From positions 1,013,347 through 1,077,346 of the forward strand of contig CAVYVA010000001.1 in NCBI GenBank assembly GCA_963771835.1: a stretch of 64,000 bases of DNA, given 5' to 3'. The stretch comes from an uncultured Actinomycetota bacterium (GTDB lineage Bacteria; Actinomycetota; Actinomycetes; Prado026). Of the stretch, positions 20,946-28,307 are shown piece after piece. The notes under the pieces are model-generated. The model saw nothing but the letters and a program-made list of their open reading frames with translations. It did not search any database and had not been told where the DNA came from. The position numbers were made by a program, and so were the translations under genes. Within the stretch, counting starts at the first letter, position 1, and each line of letters opens with the position of its first letter.

Positions 20946-22283
20946 ATGACCGCCCCGTCGCGTGCGCCCGCCCGGGCCTTCCACGTCATGGCGAAGCCGA
21001 CGGGCGCCGTCTGCAACCTGGACTGCGAGTACTGCTACTTCCTGTCGAAGGAGACGCTGTACCCCGGGAGCGACTTCCGGATGAGCCCGCAGGTCCTCGA
21101 GGAGTACGTCCGGCAGATGCTGGCCGCCCACGACGGTGCCGACGAGGTGGTGGTCGCCTTCCAGGGCGGGGAGCCGACCATGATGGGCCTGGACTTCTTC
21201 CGGCGGGCCCTCGAGCTCGAGCGGCGGTTCGCGCGGCCCGGGCAGCGCATCCTCAACACGATCCAGACCAACGGCACGCTGCTGGACGACCAGTGGGGGT
21301 CGTTCCTGCACGACAACGCCTTCCTGGTCGGGCTGTCGATCGACGGACCGCGCGAGATGCACGACGCGTACCGGGTCGACAAGGGCGGCAAGCCCACGTT
21401 CGACCGCGTCCTGCGCGGGCTGGACGTCCTTCGTCGGCACCGGGTCGACTGGAACGCGCTGACCACCGTCAACGCCGCGAACGGCGACGACGGTCGTGCG
21501 GTGTACCGCTTCCTGCGCGACGAGCTCGGCGCGACGTTCGTCCAGCTCATCCCGATCGTGGAGCGGGTCACGCCGGAGCTCTTGCCGCTCGCCGAGGCGG
21601 GCTGGGGCGAGCGGGCGGGCCACCGGCCGCTGTACCGGCAGGACGGCGACCGGGTGACGCACCGGACAGTCGGGCCGCAGCAGTTCGGCCGCTTCCTCGT
21701 CGACGTGTTCGAGGAGTGGGTACGGCACGACGTGGGCGACGTCTTCGTGCAGATGTTCGACACGGCACTGGGCCACTGGCTCGGGTACGACCAGGTCGGC
21801 ATGTGCGTGCACGCGCGCACCTGCGGCACCGGGCTCGCGCTGGAACACAACGGCGACGTCTACTCGTGCGACCACTACGTGGAGCCCGACTACCTGCTCG
21901 GGAACATCGCGGGCGGGCGCCGGCTGCTCGACCTCGTCGGGTCACGGCGCCAGCTCGCCTTCGGGACGGCCAAGCTCGACTCGCTCCCGCGGTACTGCCG
22001 CAGCTGCGACGTGCGCTTCGCCTGCAACGGCGGCTGCCCCAAGGACAGGTTCGTCACGACGCCCGAGGGGGAGCCGGGGCTGCACTACCTGTGCGAGGGC
22101 TATCAGCTGTTCTTCCGGCACGTCGACGAACCGATGCGGATCATGGCCGACCTGTTCCGGCAGGGCCGCGACGTGAGCGGTGTGATGGCGTGGTTCGCGA
22201 AGGGTGACGCCGCGCGTGCGGCGACCGACTCCTGCACGTGCGGCAGCGGCCTCGAGTGGGGCCGCTGCCACGATGCGCCGTAG
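20946..22283 (+). CDS. anaerobic sulfatase-maturating enzyme (radical SAM/SPASM) with a C-terminal SEC-C-like motif
   Basis: FHVMAKPTGAVCNLDCEYCYF (CxxxCxxC), FQGGEPTMMG, and SPASM cysteines (CDHYV..., RYCRSCDVRFACNGGCPKDR). The C-terminus is CTCGSGLEWGRCH at 22233-22271. Confidence 0.9.
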   Translation: MTAPSRAPARAFHVMAKPTGAVCNLDCEYCYFLSKETLYPGSDFRMSPQVLEEYVRQMLAAHDGADEVVVAFQGGEPTMMGLDFFRRALELERRFARPGQRILNTIQTNGTLLDDQWGSFLHDNAFLVGLSIDGPREMHDAYRVDKGGKPTFDRVLRGLDVLRRHRVDWNALTTVNAANGDDGRAVYRFLRDELGATFVQLIPIVERVTPELLPLAEAGWGERAGHRPLYRQDGDRVTHRTVGPQQFGRFLVDVFEEWVRHDVGDVFVQMFDTALGHWLGYDQVGMCVHARTCGTGLALEHNGDVYSCDHYVEPDYLLGNIAGGRRLLDLVGSRRQLAFGTAKLDSLPRYCRSCDVRFACNGGCPKDRFVTTPEGEPGLHYLCEGYQLFFRHVDEPMRIMADLFRQGRDVSGVMAWFAKGDAARAATDSCTCGSGLEWGRCHDAP

Positions 22284-22316
22284 CGCTGGAGCACCTCGCG
22301 CCGTGAGCGCTGGCCC

Positions 22317-24614
22317 TCACTGCGCCGCCAGCACGATCGACCACATCACGGCCATGTTGCCGGCCACGCTGGACGTCGCCGAGAGTCCTCCCGCGGTGCC
22401 CACGCCGACCGGTCCCCCACTGTCGCCGGACAGCGACGTGATCCGACCGCTGCCGGTGCCGACCGACTGCAGCCGACGGGTCACCCCCGTGGGAGCGGTC
22501 CAGCCGGTGCCGGTCCCGGTCTTGTCCGCCCAGTACGACACCAACCAGCCGGCAGGCGACGTCGCGGGCACGGTGGGTGTGCGGTGGCTCGCGGAGGTGC
22601 TCGTCTCGGTCGCGACCGCGAAGGCCTGGATCGGCGAGCCCGCCGTGCCCGAGTAGGCGAGCAGCTGCACGTCGGTCTTCGTCGTCGCCGTCACGGTCAC
22701 GGTGACGGCCGAGCCGGGGTCGGTGGCGGTGGCGACCCGCCACCAGACGGCCGACTGGAGCGTCCCATCGGTCGTGGTCTGCAGCCGCGTCCAACCGGTC
22801 GGGGCGCCCAGGGTCGTGGCAGTGCGGTTGGCGGACACCAGGAGCAGCAGGGCGTCGCCGGCGTGCACGGCGGCCGGTACCGTGACCGTCGCCTTCGTGG
22901 CGTTGACCGTCTTCGCGACGCCGGCCCGGTAGGACACGGCCGAGGGCGACCCGACCACCACCGTCCGGGTCGCCGTGCCCGTGGCGTACTCGTTGTCGGT
23001 CACGGTGAGGACCACCTGGTAGCTGCCGGCACTCGCGTACGTGTGGGTCGGCGCCACACCCGTCCCGGTCTGGCCGTCGCCGAACTGCCACCGGTAGCCC
23101 ACGATGGTCCCGTCGTCGTCGTACGACCCGGCCGCGGAGAAGGTGCAGGTCAGCCCGGTGCACACGGGGGTGGCGATCACCGCCGTCGGCGGGCTCTCGA
23201 CCTCGCCGTCGGACACCACGCACTGCTGCCCGACGCAGCTGCGCAGGGCGTTCAGCCGCGCAATCCACAAGGCCTCGTCGGGGTCGTTGGCCGTGCTCGC
23301 GTCGCCCAGCAGGTTGACCAGCTGGTCGGGGTCGTTGGTCAGGTCGTAGTACTCACGACCCGTGACCGCCCCCGTGGTCGGGTCGTACCACCGGGTGTAC
23401 TGCACGGTCGGTGTGACCACCGACGACCAGGGTGGCAGCGGCGAGTCGAGGCTCCGCCCGTACTCGACGAGGACCTGCGAGCGCCGCGTGCCGGACAGGA
23501 TCGACGTCCCGTCCAGCGGGTCCTTGAGCGTCGGTGTCACGCCCGCTGCGTCGAGCAGCGTGGGCAGCATGTCCACGCCGCTGACGAGGCGGTCGTCGGT
23601 GGTGCCGGCCGGGACGTGTCCCGGCCACCGCATGATCAGCGTGGTGCTCTCGCTGTCGGTGTAGGGGAAACGCTTGTCGAGGATGCGGTGCTCGCCCCAC
23701 AGGTAGCCGTTGTCAGAGGTGAAGATCGCCAGCGTGTTCTGGTCCTCGCCCAGGCGGGTGATCTCGTCGGTGATCTTGCCCACCATGTCGTCCACCGACA
23801 TCAGGGTCCGCAGCTGGTCGGTGCGCCGTTGCTGCGCGGTGGCCACGTTCAGCAGCGGCCGCGACCGCACGTTGGACGGCTTGTCCGACACGTCAGCCTC
23901 GTTGAAGCTCGGCGGCGGCGTCCAGCTCGGCACGGCTGCGTTGGCGTACTTGGCTTCCGCGGTGAAGGGGTCGTGCGGCGCTTGGGGCGCCACGTAGATG
24001 AGCCACGGCTTCGCGTCGTCGGCCTTGAACGTGTTCAGGTCCTGGACGACCTGGTCGCCCAGGACGGTGGAGTAGTAGCCGGCGATCTTGCGCACCGTGC
24101 CGTCGACGTTGTACGACACGTCGTTGTAGCCACCGGTGGTGAACAGCCAGTGGTCCCAGTTCTTCGGGCTGTTCGACAGCGGCACGGTGTTCATGAACTT
24201 GCCGGCCATCGCCGTCGAGTAGCCGGCCGCGTGCAGGTACCCCTGGAAGGTGGCCGACTGGTCCATCGCTGCGATCTGGGCGTCGAGACCGTTTCCGGTG
24301 ATGCCGTTGTTGTGCCCGTACCGGCCGGTGAAGAGGCTGCCCCGCGACGGTGAGCACAGCGGCGTGCTCGGGTAGTTGTGCGTGTACGTCTGGCCCTGCT
24401 GCTGGAACCAGCTGCGCACGTGCGGCATCACGTCGAGCGTGCCCGCGGACGGCCGCATGTCGTCGAGGTTGATCAACAGGATGTTGGGCTGGACATTGGC
24501 CGCGGCCTCGGCCCGCGGCGCGAGGGTGCTGGGCCCGGCCCCCAGAGCGACCACCGCCCCGGTCGACACGGCCACCATCGCTGCCGTCCAGGGCGCTCGC
24601 TTCATCGCCGACAC
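22317..24614 (-). CDS. secreted Cys-type sulfatase with PKD domain and an uncharacterised C-terminal module
   Basis: 765 aa. Signal peptide, then NILLINLDDMR and STPLCSPSRGSLFTGRY (the CxPxR formylglycine motif; Cys codon at 24356-24354). A PKD-like segment follows (CTFSAAGSYDDDGTIVGYRWQFGDGQTGTG...YQVVLTVTDN, ~22950-23189), then ~210 aa rich in Thr/Ser/Gly/Ala with no recognised motif. Confidence 0.9.
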   Translation of the reverse strand: MSAMKRAPWTAAMVAVSTGAVVALGAGPSTLAPRAEAAANVQPNILLINLDDMRPSAGTLDVMPHVRSWFQQQGQTYTHNYPSTPLCSPSRGSLFTGRYGHNNGITGNGLDAQIAAMDQSATFQGYLHAAGYSTAMAGKFMNTVPLSNSPKNWDHWLFTTGGYNDVSYNVDGTVRKIAGYYSTVLGDQVVQDLNTFKADDAKPWLIYVAPQAPHDPFTAEAKYANAAVPSWTPPPSFNEADVSDKPSNVRSRPLLNVATAQQRRTDQLRTLMSVDDMVGKITDEITRLGEDQNTLAIFTSDNGYLWGEHRILDKRFPYTDSESTTLIMRWPGHVPAGTTDDRLVSGVDMLPTLLDAAGVTPTLKDPLDGTSILSGTRRSQVLVEYGRSLDSPLPPWSSVVTPTVQYTRWYDPTTGAVTGREYYDLTNDPDQLVNLLGDASTANDPDEALWIARLNALRSCVGQQCVVSDGEVESPPTAVIATPVCTGLTCTFSAAGSYDDDGTIVGYRWQFGDGQTGTGVAPTHTYASAGSYQVVLTVTDNEYATGTATRTVVVGSPSAVSYRAGVAKTVNATKATVTVPAAVHAGDALLLLVSANRTATTLGAPTGWTRLQTTTDGTLQSAVWWRVATATDPGSAVTVTVTATTKTDVQLLAYSGTAGSPIQAFAVATETSTSASHRTPTVPATSPAGWLVSYWADKTGTGTGWTAPTGVTRRLQSVGTGSGRITSLSGDSGGPVGVGTAGGLSATSSVAGNMAVMWSIVLAAQ

Positions 24615-24775
24615 CTCTCACCACTCGCGAACCTCGCGGACGGCGGACGTGACCCCGGCGTCCCGGTGACTCGAGCGGAGTCGTGCGGGAGAAGGCCGTC
24701 ACCCGTGCTTGCGATCAGTCAACGCGCGCGCCTGCACCCCTCGGTAGGGACCAACGACCCTCCTTCGCCGGGCTC

Positions 24776-24810
24776 GCGACGAAGCCGGAGCTCAGACGTT
24801 CTGGGGGAAG
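24776..24810. repeat. attL: 35-bp direct repeat gcgacgaagccggagctcagacgttctgggggaag
   Basis: Identical base for base to 28227-28261; the flanking bases differ on both sides. Confidence 0.9.
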
Positions 24811-24902
24811 TGATGCGCACGAGCCGTGACAAGCGCGGCCAACAGACTCACAGCCTCTGACCTGCGCAAACATCGTTTGCTGGTTTTGACCGTCGTTGGT
24901 CG

Positions 24903-24933
24903 TTTGCGGACGTCTTGCGGACTTTCTGCGGAC
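24903..24933. promoter_or_regulatory. three phased 9-bp direct repeats (tttGCGGAC / cttGCGGAC / tctGCGGAC), candidate arm-type/RDF binding sites
   Basis: The copies at 24903-24911, 24914-24922 and 24925-24933 are spaced exactly 11 bp start to start, about 95 bp inside attL. A related cgtttgc sits at 24874. Confidence 0.4.
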
Positions 24934-24968
24934 TGGTACACCTCAGGACCGGCTCCGGTAGCGATGGT

Positions 24969-25005
24969 GGGGCTGCGCCGCCCCCCCCGGACCCGGCGCA
25001 GCCCC
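24969..25005. other. perfect 12-bp inverted repeat (GGGGCTGCGCCG ... CGGCGCAGCCCC) with a 13-nt C-rich loop
   Basis: Arms at 24969-24980 and 24994-25005 are exact reverse complements. It lies in non-coding island DNA between the phased repeats and the first island ORF. Confidence 0.5.
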
Positions 25006-25133
25006 TCGGGACCAGACGGTGTCGTTCTGCAGCAGGCACGCGGGGTCGGTCCGGACGAATTCGGCTGTCGGGGGGATACCGAGTCACCGAGCGTGCCGAC
25101 CCGGTTGCCCAGAGCCCGTGAGACAGTCCGAAG

Positions 25134-25352
25134 ATGGCTGCCTACCGGACGTTCCCCGAGCCGGTCGAGGTGACGGTGACGATCACCCAACCCAGATACC
25201 CGGTCGCCGGCAGCTTTCCCGGGTTCGCCTACGGCTGGCGGGGGCAGCGGGTGTACGTCAAGTTCCGCACCGGCGTCGGTGAGAAGCGGTTCGGGTGGAT
25301 GGAGGCCGAGCGGGTCAGGCGCTCCGCTTCCGGCTCCCAGCCAGCTCAATAA
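25134..25352 (+). CDS. hypothetical small protein (72 aa), island-borne
   Basis: ATG to TAA. Third-position G/C is strongly enriched (about 63 of 72 codons by hand count), which favours real coding. No recognised motif (..GFAYGWRGQRVYVKFRTGVGEKRFGWMEAERV..). Confidence 0.45.
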   Translation: MAAYRTFPEPVEVTVTITQPRYPVAGSFPGFAYGWRGQRVYVKFRTGVGEKRFGWMEAERVRRSASGSQPAQ

Positions 25353-25404
25353 CCGGCATTATGTGCGGCGGGGAAGTGCATGCTGCGACCGGTAGGGAGC
25401 ATCC

Positions 25405-26204
25405 ATGAGTTCTCAATGGAGTGCCGGGCGTCGGTTTGAGGGCCGCGTGGCGTTGGTGACCGGGGCCGGCGGGACTCTTGGTGGGGCCATCGCACGAGGA
25501 CTTGGCCGCGAGGGTGCCCGAGTCGTTGTGGGTTACCGGTCATCGAAGGCGGCCGCGGAGGCGACGTCACGTGACATCACTGACGCTGGCGGTGAGGCGA
25601 TGCTGTGCCACCTCGACGTCACCGTGCCGGACACCGTGGATGACTGCCTTCGCTCGGTCGTGGACCGGTGGGACAGGGTCGATGTTCTCGTCAACACCGC
25701 TGGACGGCTGGAGTCGGTCGACACCGTGCACCTCGATTCCCTCGATCTCGCGGATGCGGCGGCGCTGCTCGACGTCGACGTGCTGGGCACGCTGCGGATG
25801 TGCCAGGCCGTGCTACCGGCGATGCCGAACCGGACGGGTGCGATCCTCAACTTGTCCAGCACGTACGGCAATGGCGTGAACCCGGACAACCCGATCAACT
25901 TCGTCCCGGTCGCGTACTGCGCGGCGAAGGGCGCCGTTCGTGGGCTCACGGTGGCGATGGCCCGTGAGCTAGCCCGGGGATTCGGGTCAACGCTCTCGCG
26001 CCGGGGCCGATCTCGGGCCAGTGGGAGCAGGAGTGGGACGTCTCCGGCGGTCAGATCGAGGAGGCGCTTCGGATGATCCCGCTTGGGCGGTTCGGGCGCC
26101 CGGAGGAGATCGCCGAGACGGCGCTGTTCCTGCTGTCCGATGGCGCCGGTTTCATCACCGGACAGGTTGTGCATATGGATGCCGGCTGGCTGGCCCGTGA
26201 TTGA
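25405..26204 (+). pseudogene. short-chain dehydrogenase/reductase (SDR), one frame disruption as assembled
   Basis: VALVTGAGGTLGGAIA (TGxxxGxG), NTAG, and the active site YCAAKGAV. After MARELA (~25975) the conserved continuation (P)GIRVNALAPGPISGQW...GRFGRPEEIAETALFLLSDGAGFITGQVVHMDAGW is in the -1 frame, consistent with one missing base. Stop at 26202-26204. Confidence 0.8.
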
Positions 26205-26231
26205 ACCGCCTGGGCGAAGGAGGCGCAGCGC

Positions 26232-26597
26232 ATGAGCACTGACATCAACGACCTGAACGCCGTCCGGGAGGCGGTTCAACGGTACGTGGACGCCTGCACA
26301 AACGCCGATTCAGAGGCGCTGCGGTCCGCGCTGCACCCGGCGTTTCGGATGTACGGCATCGACACGTCGGACGAGGAGATCGCCATCACGGTCGACGAGT
26401 TCGTCGCCTGGGTCTCTGAGCGACAACGTCCGCTCGGCTACCGGGCCACGATCACCCACATCGAGATCACCGCGGACGTGGCCATGGCAACCCTGGTCGA
26501 GGAGAAGTACTACGACACCGACTACACCATCCACTTCTCGCTCATACGCTCGGGCGGCATGTGGCACATCGTGACGAAGACCTACAGCAGGGTGTAG
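26232..26597 (+). CDS. NTF2-like / SnoaL-like (putative lumazine-binding type) small protein
   Basis: 121 aa with the pattern typical of NTF2-fold proteins: AVREAVQRYVDACTNADSEALRSALHPAFRMYG...ITHIEITADVAMATLVEE...WHIVTKTY. Confidence 0.65.
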   Translation: MSTDINDLNAVREAVQRYVDACTNADSEALRSALHPAFRMYGIDTSDEEIAITVDEFVAWVSERQRPLGYRATITHIEITADVAMATLVEEKYYDTDYTIHFSLIRSGGMWHIVTKTYSRV

Positions 26598-26636
26598 TCC
26601 GAGTTGGGGGTGCCCCCGACGGTGCCGCTCCCGTCC

Positions 26637-26668
26637 CAATGCCCCCAGGGACGGGAGCGCACCTACCG
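26637..26668 (+). terminator. stem-loop after the NTF2-like gene (GCTCCCGTCCC-aatgccccca-GGGACGGGAGC)
   Basis: A perfect 11-bp inverted repeat starts 40 bp after the stop at 26597. There is no U-tract, as is common for actinobacterial hairpin terminators. Confidence 0.5.
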
Positions 26669-26898
26669 CCCAGCGTGGGGGTCGGGCGGTCCAAGTCTTG
26701 CTGTCGGCTCCCTCGACAACTGGCTAAAGCCTGTCACCGGACTGAGTCAGGACTGGCGGCCTGGTCGAACGGCCAACTGAGCACACAGAAGTGCCGTTCT
26801 GTTCGCCTGGCCGGGAGCCCTCGATCCGGCATTTCGTGAGGATCATGGTCCGAGCGTCCGGCATCTCGTGGGTTGGGGAGACGCGGCAGTCGCGCCGG

Positions 26899-27264
26899 TT
26901 AGGCGAAGTACTCGACCAAGCAGAACTCGTGCCCTTCGGGGTCGCGCATGATCACGACGATGCCGTCTTCGTAGTCATGCCGCTCGCCACTCCTCGAGCC
27001 ACCGAGCTCTTCCACACGGGCAACACTTGCCTCTATGTCGCTGGTCGCGATATCCAGATGGATCCGCACCTTGGTGGACTTCGGTTCGGGCACACGCTGG
27101 AACGTGAGTCTGGGGAGGGCGTCGTGGCGTGAACCGACTGTCGCCCACCCCGGATCGTGACCGTGCTCAGCCGACTTCGGCACTCCCAGGAGAAGGCTCC
27201 AGAAGGTCGCAAGACTTTCTGGGTCCGTGCAGTCGATCGTGACAGCAGTCCAGCGATGCGTCAT
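26899..27264 (-). CDS. VOC (glyoxalase/bleomycin-resistance/dioxygenase) family protein
   Basis: 121 aa: AVTIDCTDPESLATFWSLLLG...LTFQRVPEPKSTKVRIHLDIATSDIEASVARVEELGG...VVIMRDPEGHEFCL. Confidence 0.8.
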   Translation of the reverse strand: MTHRWTAVTIDCTDPESLATFWSLLLGVPKSAEHGHDPGWATVGSRHDALPRLTFQRVPEPKSTKVRIHLDIATSDIEASVARVEELGGSRSGERHDYEDGIVVIMRDPEGHEFCLVEYFA

Positions 27265-27339
27265 GGCGTTATCGTGCCACTCGGCTTGCGCCCCGGCCCC
27301 GCGCCTATGGGGCTTCCTCTCGTGCCCCGTCGATCGCCT

Positions 27340-27687
27340 TCAGTCATCCTCGATGTAACCCGTGCCGGGATCGATCATGCTCAGGAAGGCACGGATCTGA
27401 TCGCGGTGCTCCTCGCGCGACTGATTCGGAGGAGCGCTCGACACGAACCCGTAGCCCTGATTCGGCCCGCTCAGCCAGTCGTATGCCGTGCCGCCGCCCG
27501 CCGACAAGCGAAGAGCGAACAGCTCGCCGTCAACCTCGATGGTGAACAAGACCGATCCGGGCCGACCCTCGTCCGCAGGGCTCCACTCCACGTCGCGGAG
27601 CCTAGGCAACTTCGCACCGAAGTGCCGTTCTGTGCGTGGGCCGCACCGTAGGCCCAGGGGGGCGGGTTCACGACGGAACACGGCCAA
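27340..27687 (-). CDS. hypothetical small protein (real start probably the GTG at 27591)
   Basis: LFTIEVDGELFALRLSAGGGTAYDWLSGPNQGYGFVSSAP..HRDQIRAFLSMIDPGTGYIEDD. No recognised domain. The upstream part of the ORF crosses a repeat and looks non-coding. Confidence 0.4.
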   Translation of the reverse strand: MAVFRREPAPLGLRCGPRTERHFGAKLPRLRDVEWSPADEGRPGSVLFTIEVDGELFALRLSAGGGTAYDWLSGPNQGYGFVSSAPPNQSREEHRDQIRAFLSMIDPGTGYIEDD

Positions 27688-28307
27688 CCCCGCATGACCT
27701 CGAGGTGCTCGGGCTCGAGCGGGGTCACGTGGACTTCCTGCGGCGGACGCTGCGCGTAGAGCAGCAGGTCCAGCAGTCGCCCGGTGGCGTGGCCGCCGTG
27801 GTCCCGCCCAAGACCCGCTCCTCCTACCGCACGATCCCCCTCCCGCAGACCGTCTTGGACGAGCTGGCCGCTCACCTCGCGCGGCACCCGAACGAGGGCC
27901 TGCTGTTCCCCGGCGCCGACGGCGGACCCATCGTGCGGACTCGGTTCAACGACTCGGTCTGGCGGCCGGCGCTCAAGAAGGCCGGGGTCAGTGGCGTGAC
28001 GTTCCACGACCTGCGGCACTTCTACGCCTCTGCGCTCATCCGCGCCGGGCTGTCCGTCCGGGTCGTCGCGGACCGGCTCGGGCACGCGGATGCGTCGATG
28101 ACGCTCAACGTGTACGCGCACCTGTGGCCGGACGAGGAGGACCGCACCAGGTCCGCCGTGGACGAGTTCCTCGGCGCTCCCGCGGACTCCGTGCGGACTG
28201 ACGGACCCTCGCAGGGCCTCTCACCTGCGACGAAGCCGGAGCTCAGACGTTCTGGGGGAAGCCGAGGTTCAGGCCGCCGTGGCTGGGGTCGAGCCAGCGC
28301 GAGGTGA
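27636..28307 (+). pseudogene. tyrosine recombinase/integrase, C-terminal catalytic half only
   Basis: LEVLGLERGHVDFLRRTLRVEQQV...KTRSSYRTIPLPQTV...VTFHDLRHFYASALIRAGLSV..VADRLGHADASMTLNVYAHLW retains HxxR and the catalytic Tyr. The N-terminal core-binding domain and first catalytic Arg are absent, with an in-frame stop at 27603-27605. The ORF reads through attR. Confidence 0.8.
28227..28261. repeat. attR: second copy of the 35-bp direct repeat, overlapping the mmsA stop
   Basis: Identical to 24776-24810. On the minus strand it encodes the last five mmsA codons FPQNV plus TGA, followed by 16 bp downstream. Confidence 0.9.

Larger units (their letters stand above)
24776..28261. mobile_element. 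degenerate integrated element (genomic islet) inserted at the 3' end of mmsA
   Basis: A perfect 35-bp direct repeat sits at both ends. A truncated tyrosine integrase lies next to the right repeat. G+C is visibly lower than the flanks (e.g. 34/60 by hand count at 26521-26580). The cargo genes are unrelated to either flank. Confidence 0.8.

Noticed and set aside
24792-25349. 185-aa minus ORF crossing attL and ending ...HHFPQNV
   Set aside because: Its C-terminus mimics mmsA only because the att repeat duplicates the last five mmsA codons. The rest is low-complexity and overlaps the phased repeats, the hairpin and the better-supported plus-strand ORF.
25971-25981. Adjacent NheI and SmaI/XmaI recognition sequences (gctagcccggg) exactly at the SDR frameshift, considered as a possible cloning scar
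   Set aside because: The bases encode the conserved SDR segment RELAPGIRVN once a single C is restored. CCCGGG is common at this G+C, and nothing else nearby looks vector-derived.
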